Assembly (NCBI RefSeq): GCF_006345805.1
Contig: NC_043002.1
Location: forward strand, 36,828,001 to 36,892,000
Source: Octopus sinensis
Lineage: Eukaryota
Reading direction: 5' to 3'
DNA: 64,000 bases
How positions within the stretch are numbered: the stretch's first letter is position 1; each line of letters opens with the position of its first letter. The notes beneath the pieces were generated by a model, which saw only the letters and a list, made by a program, of their open reading frames with translations, made no database searches and was not told the DNA's origin. Shown here piece after piece: positions 51,406 through 64,000 of this stretch. The position numbers and the translations under genes were made by a program.

Positions 51406-51442
51406 CTATCTATCTATCTCTATCTATCTATCTATATACACA

Positions 51443-51529
<87 letters not shown>

Positions 51530-51580
51530 TGTATGTATGTATATATGTATACTGTATATATATACACATACAATATATAT
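51340..51580. repeat. Compound microsatellite (ATCT)n-(AT)n-(ATGT)n; representative of dozens of SSR tracts
   Basis: Read directly. Other large tracts include (AT)n 455-590, 2100-2220, 46970-47170; (CA)n 7420-7530; (GA)-rich 3060-3480; (ATT)n 23490-23565, 38395-38449, 38820-38877; (CCT)n 17888-17918; (ATAC)n 63130-63300. Confidence 0.95.
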
Positions 51581-51843
51581 AATGCAATGTATGTCAGAAG
51601 ACCTGCAAATCTAATAGAGGCCTCAAAAGACATTTTAAGATCCACGAAGATCAGAACTTAACTGTAGCTCTTGGTGGTCTGAATTAGATATGCAAACTAT
51701 GTGGGTGTCTTTTCAAAACATTGTCTGATTTCAAAAGACGCATCAGATGCCATGATAGCCATGATGGTTCTAAGGTGCAGGTACAGGAGGTTGCCAAACT
51801 CTGCATAAGGAGTAGACAAACACCAGCATATATATATATATAT

Positions 51844-52043
51844 ATATATATGTATAGTTTAGGACAATAAGTTGTCATAATAATACTCAGAGTTTCAAAT
51901 GCAGGAACTAAGAGCTACAATCATTCTCATTGGCTATTAATAGTAATAGATGCTATAATAGCCGATGAGAATTCATCGTAACTCTTAGCTCCAGCATTTG
52001 AAACTCCAACAACTTAACGATTGTCCTAAACTATACATATATA
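51844..52043. repeat. Palindromic foldback element in (TA)n
   Basis: tatatatgtatagtttaggacaat...ctcattggctatta versus taatagccgatgag...attgtcctaaactatacatatata; loop about 16 nt. Confidence 0.88.
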
Positions 52044-52092
52044 AATAATCCTCTATTTATCTAATATTGAGGTCTCATTCTTTTGCTGTCCC

Positions 52093-52125
<33 letters not shown>

Positions 52126-52136
52126 TATTATTATAT

Positions 52137-52369
52137 AATTGAAGAAACTGGAGTCAAAAAGAAGGAGTACAGTTGGACATTTGTTTATTATTCATTACAA
52201 TTGTTTTAATGTAACATAGTTCTCCAAGAAAACAGGTATTTGATTATGCAATTGTTTGTTTGCATAATCAAATACTTGTACTCTTGGAGAACTATGTTGT
52301 GTCAAAACAATTGTAGCGAATAATAAATGTCCAACTGTACTCCTCTTCTTGACTCCAATTTCTTCAATT
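52137..52369. repeat. Long near-perfect palindrome, ~112-bp arms and 8-nt loop
   Basis: 52137-52251 versus 52260-52369 align as reverse complements at roughly 85-90% by eye. Confidence 0.92.
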
Positions 52370-52532
52370 TTTATTCACACATGACGAATGCCCAAATTCA
52401 AAATTGGAAGTATATAATAATACTACCAATAGTACTGTGTAAGTCTAAAGGTGGATGAGCTTTATACTGTACTCTATCACTCTACCACATTCCTTACAGA
52501 ATATAACATAAATATACAGTATATATATATAT

Positions 52533-53141
52533 ATAACTTAGATAACTTAGATATGTTCCGACCAAAGATTGGTCCAGGCCATGTCTAACTTAATAGCACC
52601 ACCTGATAGGATTATTCGAATCCTGTTTAAGTCAAGTTTTGTTCAAGTAGTGAGTTCTTGTTGGATGAGTTGTATCCAATTATGGGTGGCTTATCTGGTA
52701 TTCTTTGAAGGAATCTATCCAGACTCCGTTTAAAGTTGATGGGATCCTTTTCCTCCTTGATCTCCCCCGGGACAATGTTAAATAGGGCAGGGCCTGTTAA
52801 GGAAAAGAAATTATGTTGCAGTGTACATATATGTTGTGATCTTGAATTGGGCAGGGTCCCAGTCTTGGATGAACCTTGAAGCTAATGTTAAGGTCGTTTG
52901 GGCAAAGTTGGCGGTATATTCTCCACATCGTACAAATGATGTACCGCTCACGGCGACACTGGAGGGAGTAAAGTTTCAAGGCTTTAAGGCGATCCCAATA
53001 ATCGAGAGCAGCCATGCCTTCAATTCGTTTAGTGAGTACCCTCTCGGGTGACTCAATCCTGGAGATGTTTTGTCTTGTATGGGGAGACCACAGTGGGCAG
53101 CAGTATTCAAGGTGTGGCCGTACAAAGGAAGAGAAAAGTGG
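52533..53141 (-). mobile_element. CR1/L2-group LINE 3' fragment
   Basis: FVRPHLEYCCPLWSPH...IESPERVLTKRIEGM...YWDRLKALKLYSLQCRRERY is the typical CR1-group ORF2 C-terminus; short (tctaagtta)n-like tail at about 52533-52552. Confidence 0.85.
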
Positions 53142-53143
53142 TA

Positions 53144-53222
<79 letters not shown>

Positions 53223-53229
53223 TATATAT

Positions 53230-53746
53230 ATTACATGGAAAAATGCAAGCATGAAAAGCCATATTCTTAAGATTATAAACCTGGAAAAATACAGGACAAG
53301 TTATTACACCTGTAAAAGTATTGGACATGCTATTACTTCTAGTAAAGTAAAGAATAAGAAACTTTTTACTTAAACTATTGCAGCAAAGAATGCCAGTTCT
53401 TCTAATTTATCACTCTTTACAGTTCTCATCTTTTAAATTCATTGTGCAAAACTGTTCAGCTGATTTATAAGTTTGTCTAATTAGTCACTTTTTTCTGTAT
53501 TTAAGGTAGTAAATTAGCCAAATTCTACTTAAATAAGTATAGCATTATTTGAAAACTATAATAAAATAAGTTTTAATATTCAAATTTTAATTTTAGCTGC
53601 AATATTTTAAGTAAAAACTTTCTTATTCTTTACTTTACTAGAAGTAATAGCTTCTATACTTTTACAGGTGTAAATAACTTGTCCTGTACTTTTCCAGGTT
53701 TATAATCTTAAGAATATGACTTCGTGCTCACATTTTTCCATGTAAT
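53230..53746. mobile_element. MITE/foldback element with ~155-bp TIRs
   Basis: attacatggaaaaatg...cttaaactattgcagc (53230-53384) versus gctgcaatattttaag...catttttccatgtaat (53596-53746). Confidence 0.85.
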
Positions 53747-54302
53747 CTATGATTTTTCCAGGAACTGCTGTTATAAGATAATTAATAATGTGTCAATTAA
53801 TAATTTAAGATTTTACCTTATAAAATACTGGAAGATAATATTTCAATTTTTCCATGTAATATTTCAATGTTTTTCGTGTTTAATTTAACTATATGTTGTA
53901 ATTAAATTATTTGATATTATCCATCCACACCAAGTTAAAAGCAAGGATTTTTACCGTGTTGTTGGTTGCATCATGGCTCACGAAAAGTTACAAACAACAA
54001 GACCCCCAAACCATCAGTTACCAGGCTCACCTTAAGTAACCTAATTTTGCAATATTAGGAGGTCACAGAAATTCATTCAACATGCACCTGAACAGGTAAT
54101 GTCGATTTGATGGAGGGAGTGAACTTATGTGAACACAAGCATTTGATCATTCTAAACAAATCATCTGTGTGTTTGTTTGGCAAAAAATTGCTGAACTCTC
54201 ATACTTTGTCTAACAATGGGAGAGTCCATGATATATTTATGGTGGTGCCCCAGCATGGCCACAGCTCATGAGCTGAAACTAGAATCAATCAAAGAATCAA
54301 TC

Positions 54303-54333
<31 letters not shown>

Positions 54334-57300
54334 ATGTGTGTGTTTGTGTTTGTCTCCACCACCACCCCTTGACAACTAGTGTTCTGAAAAAACAGACTGA
54401 TTGATAGAATAAGTAACAAGTTTTAAAAAAGATAAGTACTGAGATCAATTCATTTGACTAAAAATTCTTCTTGGTATTGCCCCAGCATGGCCGCAGTCTA
54501 ATGACTGAAACAAGTAAAAGATAAAAGATAAAGATAGAATAAGGATTCTTAGAATTTTGAAATATCAAATACTTTCAAATATAATATTTGCACTTTATTT
54601 TATTTTGGTCCTTCACAGGGCCTCTAAGATATAAGGAAAAGTGGGAAAAAGTGTCTTCAACCCAAAGTCTTGCTTTCAATGTTTGCAACAAAGTATATTC
54701 TACTAAAGGTACCAAGAACAAGGTGGACAGGTTAAACTGGGTGATGGATTAAATCAGTCACCTGCATATGCCACTTCAGGATTTGAACTCAGAATGAAAA
54801 GAACTAGGAAAATTCTGCAAAGAATCTTATCCGATACTTTAATGATTTCAGCAGTCCACTATCTGAGAAGTTCAGAAGCATGAAAGGTAAAGGTAACCTT
54901 TACAAGTTTTGAATGCAGGTAGCCATAAGGCATTTGTCTGACACAATAATGATTCTGCCAATTACACTGCCTATTGTACCATATTTGAGAATGAAGTAAC
55001 CCTCTTCACATGCTGCACCATCCTATGAGAAACACTGATACAACATACATGTTGAGCAGTAACATAAAAGGCTCCCTGAATACCACCAGAAAATTAATTG
55101 CTTACATTTAATTAGTGCATATGAAACAGTTATAACTTATTAATTTTTTTCACTAAATACAAATTTCTAGCAAACTTCTATTTAATAAAATTGCCTCAGT
55201 TTTAAAAGGCTATTTTTTAAAACTATTTTTACTTAATAAAATGTGATGGTATTTTGTCTTGTTTACATTTTACTCTTACTGCTTTAAATTTTGGCATTCT
55301 GCCAGCATATGGCATATTGTTTCATCCTTATAAGGGTCATATTATAGCACAGCCCCGAAGAGTAATTAAATTTTTGTGATGCATATAACGTAAAAAGATT
55401 AAAATGGAAGTGTTAATTTCCTATTTGTCACCATTTCATTGCTATTTTCCTTTATACTTTTTATAAATAATGTTTAATATGCAAATATAAATTCAATAAG
55501 TCTTTTAATATGAAATTTTAATATGCAAGTTTATAAAATAATTCTTTTTCTCTACAATCTAAGTTGGCCTCAGAATGCCACTGGTATATATTTCTTTTAG
55601 CAACTGCAGAATTGTGAAGAGAAGCAATGTAGGCCTTAATAGGATTAGAAAACTAGGAAAAATTTGTAGCATAACCACACTGGTTACTTGCAGTATCCTT
55701 ACACCTTCCTCTGACGTATATTTCTAACATATATCTATATATGTTTTTGGTTTATTTATTTATTTTATTTTTATTTATGTATAGATATAAAATATGCTTC
55801 AAGTGTGTAGTCTATAATATATGAAATTAAATTTGATTTAAAAATAATGTAATTTTGTGTCAGGCACAGAAATAGGATTTTTATTTTGTTTGAAATAGAA
55901 ATTATTTATTTCCAATTTATAAGTCGTTTTTACTTAATATTTTCTGATAAATTCAAATACATACACAGATGTGTTTATATATATGTGAGCACATGTGTGT
56001 TTATGTGTGTGTATAAAAGGATCAAATGAACAATCTGCTCATTGAATTAACTTATAAGTGACTGAGTATTTTGCAGACATGTGTAATCCTTGGAGTCAGC
56101 ATTACACAGTGTGGGACAAGACTGGGCCTTTGAATTCAAGGTAAGAATTCATCAAATTGGCTTCTGCACTGCTACTGTGTATTGAGTTATACTTACAGTG
56201 CTTGGGCCAAACCAAAGTCTAAAAGACACTTATTCAAGATGTCTTGCAGTTGGATCAAACCCAGGACTTAATGATTGTGAAGTGATCTTTTTCACCATTC
56301 AGCTATACAATACAATATGTATGCTTACACCTGCTCACACAGGCAGACACACTACATAGAGCAATGTATCATTAGATGCAATCCTTTTTAAGACAATAGG
56401 ATGTGATTTGAGGTGGTTGTTCTCAAACTAACAAATGCCAACCTTGCCCTGCCCCAAAAATATTGAAGTCGTTCTCTCCTACTCCACTCAATAGAGTTTA
56501 TATGCATATGAATTCTTTCTTCACCATAGTGTTGGACAAGTTTTAAAGGTTTAAAACAGGTACAGGTAACCTTTTTTGAGAAGCAGGCCATGAAACATGG
56601 TTTATCATAAGATAGGCTGCATTAGTATAAAAGAAATTCAAGGTAACATTTGTTAGGTATGTCATTGAGAAAGTCCCATGAGTTGCAGTTTGTCCATGAC
56701 TGGTTTAAAATTATTAATCATAGCAATGCATCTTTCCTTTTTTCAGTCCTCACAAGTTCTCACTATCCTACAAGAAAAGCTCTGATTATAAGGGATATTT
56801 GACTGTTTTTCTAACATCTTGAGTAGCCACATAAGAAGCTCTTCTGTTGTCACGGCAAATTGCTTAAATTTAGTTAATGTACATGCATCTCTCTATCAAT
56901 TCTAAATTATTACATACTAGTCATGTAAATAATATGAAAAATTATATCAAATATAATGCTGTCTGCATTAATTAGACTGATATATTAAAAAGTACCTTAT
57001 CAAATTTCTAAATTTCAAACTTATTAATATATATATATTTTTTTTAATGCTGAACTAAAATTAACTTTGGATTTCCTTAATCAAAAATTTACCAAACTAT
57101 AATTTATTTTTATAATTGAAATGCAACATAAATTTCCTCTGAATATTACGAAGGCTAAAATTAATATATCTTTATCAAATATCTCTATTAATTAGATGAA
57201 GTTTAAATTCTTGATTTTTTTTTTATTAACAAAATTACTTTTTATTTAGCCTATGCACTTGCACTGATAAATTGGAGTCAATTGCTTGACCTCATGATAG

Positions 57301-58123
57301 TGAAAAACAGAGCAATAAATTACTAAAATTATTTTTTGGTTGTTGCAAGAGAATATTGATTTACTAGTATTTATTTTATTGACCTCAAGGAGAATGAATT
57401 ATGAATTCAACCTAACTAGGATTTGAACTTAGAAAGTGAAGAGCTGGAACTAAATGCATCAATGTATTCTATCTTATGCTCTAATTTTACCAATCTACTG
57501 CCTAAATGATTTAATACACAAGTAAAATCAAGAAAATATATATGAAATATTTGAGAAAGGAATTTATCATATATGAGAGAAAACCTATATTTGTCATTGT
57601 ATATGCCAAATATCTATACCCTGTTTTCAAATGATTTTAACCAAAAGTCATCAGCTGTAGTTATGTTATACAGAGTATGGAGTATTTTGTAGCTAAGAGA
57701 GATTTGGGAGGTACTTTTGCAATGTATAGTCCCATTCTAAATATTTACTAGTTTCTAATACAATTTGGATGAACATTGCCTTACAATATGCATTAAAGAA
57801 GTGTCTCTTCATGGTATTTTGGTCTGCTAAAAATAGCAGCCTTATCTGTTTAATCACATTCTGTGGTCTTTAAAAATGACATTATATTATGTGGTCTTAG
57901 GTGTATTATATAGTGGAATAAGATCACATTTAGAGTGTTTCTGATCCTAAATCTTCTTGATCAAACCAGTTTGGAGCTGAACAACAAAACGAACTTACCC
58001 TTTCAGTAGTATGGTAATGTACTGAGGTGGAATAAGTTGACTTGAGAAAGTATTGTCTTATGTAAGAAACACATATATACATATAGACAGTCTTTCTCTC
58101 TCACACACACACATACACACATG

Positions 58124-58800
58124 TATATAGAGGCAGACCCAGGAAAACCTGGGACGAGGTGGTGAAGCACGACCTTCGAACTTTAGGTCTCACTGAGGAA
58201 ATGACTAGAGACCAAGACCTCTGGAAGTATGCTGTGCGTGAGAAGACCCGGCAGGACAACTGAGACCATAACCCGTGGCCTTCTACATGGGATGTAGCCA
58301 GTCCACTTATGCATACCTTCCCTTCTTGGGACACAAAACTCTACTTGTGAACACCTGTTGAGGCAAGTGAGAATCAGAATCGAAATCGATCAATGGAAAT
58401 TGCAGCTGAGTTACCAGTGCTGGTGGCTCGTAAGAGAACCATCCAAACATGGCCGTTGCCAGCGCTGCCCTGACTGGCCTCGTGCCGGTGGCACGTAAAA
58501 AGCACCATCCGTTTGTGGCTATTGTCAGCCTTGCCTGGCCCCCGTGCCGGTGGTACATAAAAAGCATCATCCGATCGTGGCCGTTTACCAGACTCGTCTG
58601 GCACCTGTGCCGGTGGCATGTAAAAAGCACCCACTACACTCACGGAGTGGTTGGCGTTAGGATGGGCATCCAGCCATAGAAACATTGCCAGATCAAACTG
58701 GGCCTGGTGCAGCCTTCTGGCTTCCCAGACCCCAGTTGAACCATCCAACCCATGCTAGCATGGAAAGCGGACGCTAAACGATGATGATGATGATGATGAT
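58124..58800 (+). mobile_element. 5'-truncated copy of the same RTE family (ORF end plus single-copy 3' UTR and (GAT)n tail)
   Basis: ggcagacccaggaaaacctgggacgaggtggtgaagcacgacc... is near-identical to 14068-14190 and continues to atggaaagcggacgctaaacgatgatgat. Confidence 0.92.
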
Positions 58801-58948
58801 GATATATATATATATATCTATATATGTTTATCTGTCTATCTATATGAATATATATATAAATAGATATATACATATATGCATATATACATATACCTATACA
58901 CATATATATGTATATGCATGTGTATGTGTTTGTATGTATCTATATATC

Positions 58949-58999
<51 letters not shown>

Positions 59000-61053
59000 C
59001 CCATCTGAAGAAAATTAAATTATAATACTACATTCACCAAAAGATGAATTAAGGAGAAGTATCTTCCTTTAAATGTAATAAGTCTCATATCAATAGATTT
59101 GCACTAAATTTAGTACATTTGCACTAAATTTGATTTTCTTTAAAAACCATTTTTTTTAAAGAATATTTGGCAAAAAGAGTAAAATAAGAAATGTTTGAGT
59201 TATATTTGAATATTAGACTTAGCTTTTGAAGAAACATATTGCAAACTGTCTGTAAACCTAATGCAGAGAATAAAAAGCTAAACGAGATTTTATTGTGTTC
59301 CAATAAAGAAAATGATTACGTCCAATCATTACTTCTATTTATATTATATTAGGATAGTAAAAGAGAAAAAGAAATAAAAGCTCTTTGTGTAGTAGTAAAA
59401 AAAAATGACCCCTGAATTACAAAGAAAAAGAGCTGAGTTATAAGAGATAGTTCTCCCATGTAACATATATGGTAATTAGATTTTTGTGACACTTCCTGTA
59501 TGAAAAATAGGAAAATAAAATAATGCAAAATAAATAAGATAAAAGACAAAGATTACCTTTTTCTTGATTATTTTTTTCATGAATCTCACACTCATTCATT
59601 TGCAGAGATTCCTTCACTTCCTCATTATTATTATTTTCAGTAACTTTATTCTTTTCTTTTTCTCTTTTTTTCTCATCTTCCTGAAATAGACAGTTAATAT
59701 TACAAGTTAATATTACAAGTGTTGACAACTGTTTGCCAAAATCTACTGAAATATAAAAACAACTAAACAAAACTTGTCAAAAATACCTGGGATATCTACA
59801 ACTTCAGTAATAAGGTATCAAGTTTACAAGTTAGGCAAGCCTTCTTTTTTCTTTTCTTAATATTAGTTTAATGAAATTCAATTTTTCTGATTTACCTTAT
59901 TTCTTAGTGAAAATTTAGTTGGACATTGAGTTGTCTATAAGAACTGTTTAATTCCCTCTAGAGAAGAATTGTTCAAATGTTACCTTCTTTTAATGAATCT
60001 TAATTCCCATCACAACCCTAAAAATATTTAACTACTATTTGTAATTAATCCTTGAGCATTCAAATTATTCTGTTAACCATTTTGTTACCATATTTCTGTG
60101 GAGATGCTCTCAGTTTCTTTCAATTAATTTTAAATATAACAAAGAATTTAGTAAAATAACTTAGTTATCATTAAGCTAGTGTTAGGAACATAAATTGTGA
60201 CTAAGGTTTGCTGGAAAATTTTAATCTAAAACTTATGTAAACAAGACATTTCTACTACAAAACCAAAGGCAGTTTCGGGTGGATTGGTAAGAAATGTAAT
60301 GCTTATTGATTGATATTGTTTTGAATTAATCCCAAATTATCTTGTAGCTTCAAGTGTTTGATAATGCAATTGGTTACTTCTATAATGACATTGTAGAGTA
60401 GGTATGCAGGATTAGATTTAGCTTGTTTGAACATAAAGCACATAGAATATTTTAACTGGATATGACTGGTTTAAAAGGGTTAAGGATGGCACGGTAGCTT
60501 ATGCCACTATACGTCCATTAATTCCTCTGTGGACATGCCTGATTTTGAGCCAGCAGAACAACCAGAATGTGACTGCTGGAGAGAGGAAGGGAATAAACAA
60601 AATTCAGCACCGGGTTGGTTTTTTATACACTGATTTTGAAATGATGAAAAGCAAAATTGACCTCAGAAGAATTTGAACTCCAAATGCAAAAAGCCAAAAA
60701 TTAATATAGCAACACGTTCTTTATGATGCTCTGACTAAACTACTGATCAACCCCTTTATAATTTCCTACAATATAGCCTAGCAAATTGGATGCATGCGTT
60801 ATATAAAATGCCCTTCATGTAGAGAAAACACTTTTATTGCCCCAAACGTGACATTTATCGAAGCTTTTCTCAGCTCCCTGTCTCTAACTATTCTTATTAC
60901 ATAGTTAACAGGTATAATCGGATAATTCCAATAAAGTATTTGATGGAACACCATTATCTTCAAACCATAGCTGCTCATGCAATTAGTTTGCTGTCAGTTT
61001 GCCTGAAACCTTATTTCCTCTATTGTTTACGCTGGATTCACAATATTGAATTT

Positions 61054-61373
61054 CAGACCTTTTGAATAAACTACACTTTTCCATTTATCAAACTATTTTA
61101 CAGTTCCTGAATTACTCTGTGATGATGAGTCAAAAAGGGAGCTTCTATATGGTCAGTCACCTTGGTGTGAATAGCAACCAAATCACTCTTTAAAACACAT
61201 ACCACAACTTGGCAGACCTTTTGAATAAACCTTACTTTTCCATTTATCAAATTATTTTCGAGTTTCTGAATTACTTTGGGATAATAAGCTAAAAAGGGAG
61301 CCATAATATAGTCATTCAACTTGCTAGCAACAGCAACCACCAAATCCCTCTTAGATCATACACCCTATCTTGG
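61054..61373. repeat. Diverged direct tandem duplication, period 159 nt
   Basis: cagaccttttgaataaac...cttttccatttatcaaa...aaaaagggagc...cttgg at 61054 and 61213; about 75% identical by eye. Confidence 0.85.
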
Positions 61374-62361
61374 CATCTTTTGCAAAAGTCTTTAACTTTA
61401 GTCAACTGAAATATTGTGAATAAAAATTGGACAGGCAGAAACCGTGTAAAAGCCATTGGTTGGACTATGTATTTGTAATTCCAAGAGTCAGCCTTGCCAC
61501 ACATAATGTCCTTCTCATTCTGCGTGAGAATTGCATTTTCAATAAAGAATATATATATATAAGAAAATAAAAACAGAAGCAAATGTATGCTGTCATACTG
61601 ATTCTTCCTAAGAATTATGTTCAGTGTATACATGCATACCCGTGAAATACTCAGTCACTAACATGCTAATTAAATAGATGGGCAGAAAAGTTGATCTAAC
61701 AACTGGAATATTCTTTGTCAAAATTGGGGGAGAATCATTTTCTAGCTACATGTTCTTTCAACAAAATGATGTCAATGAATGTAGATGTTGAACCAATTTC
61801 TTCTAAATCAGTGTTTATAGACTGCCCACACATAGTCATTACCTTTTCTCATAGAATCAGAAATTTGTACAGCTGAATTTTCACCAAGATTGGGAGGAAA
61901 TAGAGAGCAATCTAAATATTAGCCTTGCCTGTTAGTCTTTGATTTTAGTAATCTAATAATAAATTTTCTTACACATATGGAAATTACCTATTTTCTATAG
62001 AGCAGTAAATATTTTCCGGCAGATAAATCCCACAAATTGTTACTAGATGTTATGCAGGATATTAATTCCATATGAAATGTTGTGAATCACTTAATATAGT
62101 GTTATTTGCTTTGATTTGGAGGTTCTCTAATAGCCAATGCCTGGTTGAATTGTTCATAGAAAAGCGGGTATCTCAAACAAAACTTTAATACGCTTTCCTA
62201 CATTAGGAAGGCAAACAATATCAACATTGAAAACAAGAGTAAAATGGGAATTATGTGTGTGTGTGTGTGTGTGTAGGTATGTGTATGTGTATGTGTGTGT
62301 GTACACAGAAAAATAAAAATATATATTTCTAAAAGATGAATACACAACACACATATATACA

Positions 62362-62393
<32 letters not shown>

Positions 62394-64000
62394 AGTATTT
62401 ATATACATATTCATATCAATTATATATATTTATATATATATATATATGGTTGTTACATAAGAAGAAAGAAAGAGAGAAACAGATAGAATTAAAGAGTGTG
62501 TGAGAGAAAGAATCCAACAGGTACACTGTTAGCAACAAATATATTGGTGAATTGTATTTTCCCAAAAGTATATATACATGCTATAATACTTTTAGCAGTT
62601 GCACTCATTGAATTGTGGTTATGCAGGGCTATTTCAATATGATAGCTATTTTATCAGTTTCAGTTTGTAATCTGCAAAGTTATGAGACATAACAGCCAGA
62701 ATTAAACAATAGCAAAGTCTTTTAAACTGGTGTAAGCATAAATATACACATATGCAGGAATACAAATAGTACACACATACATAAACATGTAACTATATAT
62801 GTGTGTGTGTGTGATATCATCATCAGCAGCATCATCATTTAACATCCATTTTTCCATGCTGGCATGGGTTAGATGGTTTGACTGGGGACTGGCAGGCCAG
62901 GGGGCTGCACCAGGCTCCAATCTGATGAGGCACATTTTCTGTGGCCTGATGCCCTTTCCTTCACTAAGTCCTTCCCTGTTTCCAAGCAACAGAGTATTTC
63001 CCTATGACCTGATATTTTCTTGCAGAATACTGGAAATGAATGACACTGCTTATATGACAGTGCACTTATTTATAAAAATCACACACACAAACACACACAC
63101 ACAAACACACACACACATGCATACACATATACATACACACGTACATACACACATACATACATACATACATACATACATACATACTACATACATACTACAT
63201 ACATACATACATACATACATAAATACATATATACATATATGCATAAATACATACATAGATGCATACACACATACATAAATACATACATATTTATATATGA
63301 TGAGGTTCTTTCAGGTTCCATATACCATGTCAACTCACAGCTGGGGAAGTTTACACAATTTGCTACAATTGACTTTTACACCAATCAATCATAGAAGTTT
63401 TGTTTTAGCAATAAAAGAATTTAGCTGAAGGTTCAACATCATTAATGAAAAAAAAAGCTTGAAATAATATCCAAAAGTGATGAAAAATTGCAATAGTTGC
63501 TAACAAAAAGCAAGAGTTAATATCAAAATGTAGATATAAGAACAAAATTGCCTAAAGAATTTCAAGGAGTTACAACTCTATTGACAACCTATAATTTAAA
63601 ACTCAACCAGATAGAGACATACGAATATGTGACTGCTAGTGTGATAAGGATTTCTTGACATCTATTGAATAACTACTTTACCTAAAGATTGCTTCCAGCA
63701 ATAAACTTAGAACAGTAAATTATGTTATGAGGAATTTCACATTTATTTATTCTTTGCACTTAGTATTAAGTAACCATATAAAGTCACTACCATTAGAATT
63801 AAAGCATCTCTCCACTTCTCTCTTTCTCTTATTCTGTGTGTAGGTCTGCATGTGTACAAGGATGAGTTAGACTAGAAGTTCTCAACCATTTTTTAACCTA
63901 TGGGCCTCTTTGGTTATTTTATTCTGGTGGATCCCATAGCCATTTGATGTTCAAAAATCCCTTTATATTTTTATGATTAAATATTATTAGGAATTGTTTA

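Noticed and set aside
57993-58040. Strong minus-strand donor AGG|GTAAGT with nearby acceptors (23- or 42-nt micro-exon)
   Set aside because: The frame needed to join the phase-1 exon at 45219 contains TGA.
60150-60483. Possible TTAA-flanked (piggyBac-like) MITE ends here and at about 44635, and a hAT-like TIR at about 63872
   Set aside because: Only one recognisable terminus in each case; matching TIR and TSD could not be established.
60510-60600. Strong minus-strand polypyrimidine tract and AG at 60577-60576
   Set aside because: No convincing donor, all frames stop within 25 codons, and there is no Cav3 similarity.
61054-61373. Idea that the duplication is the mutually exclusive Cav3 domain II turret exon pair (12a/12b of molluscs)
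   Set aside because: No cysteine-rich turret sequence, one copy has a stop, and the IIS6 exon that must lie between it and 45219 is not present.
62922-62952. CTGATGA followed by a short GC stem
   Set aside because: No GAAA; it is a mutated RTE-tail sequence (tctgatctggca...).

Overview
AT-rich, microsatellite-dense animal genomic DNA. The repeat families look like those of Octopus (inference from recognised SINE/LINE sequences, not a database hit). The window is almost entirely intronic or intergenic repeat. The only host coding sequence I can support is two consecutive minus-strand exons (45219-44930 and 40652-40414) that splice in frame and encode the II-III cytoplasmic linker of a T-type (Cav3) calcium channel. 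I found neither the upstream IIS6 exon nor the downstream domain III exon, so the flanking introns are probably >18 kb and >40 kb. The rest comprises: a disrupted 5.5-kb RTE LINE with a PHD-like finger and a tandemly amplified 3' UTR; several R4/Dong-like RLE retrotransposon fragments sitting in (TAA)n; CR1/L2 and L1/Tx1-like relics; a mariner relic; a complete non-autonomous Helitron; several foldback/MITE elements; and many tRNA-derived SINEs. The most notable unannotated signal is two minimal type-I hammerhead ribozyme motifs on the minus strand (about 5.0 kb and 6.87 kb), one abutting a Penelope-like GIY-YIG relic. Nearly all ORFs in the supplied track are artefacts of microsatellites or repeats. 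Repeat boundaries were read by eye and are approximate to roughly 10-20 nt.
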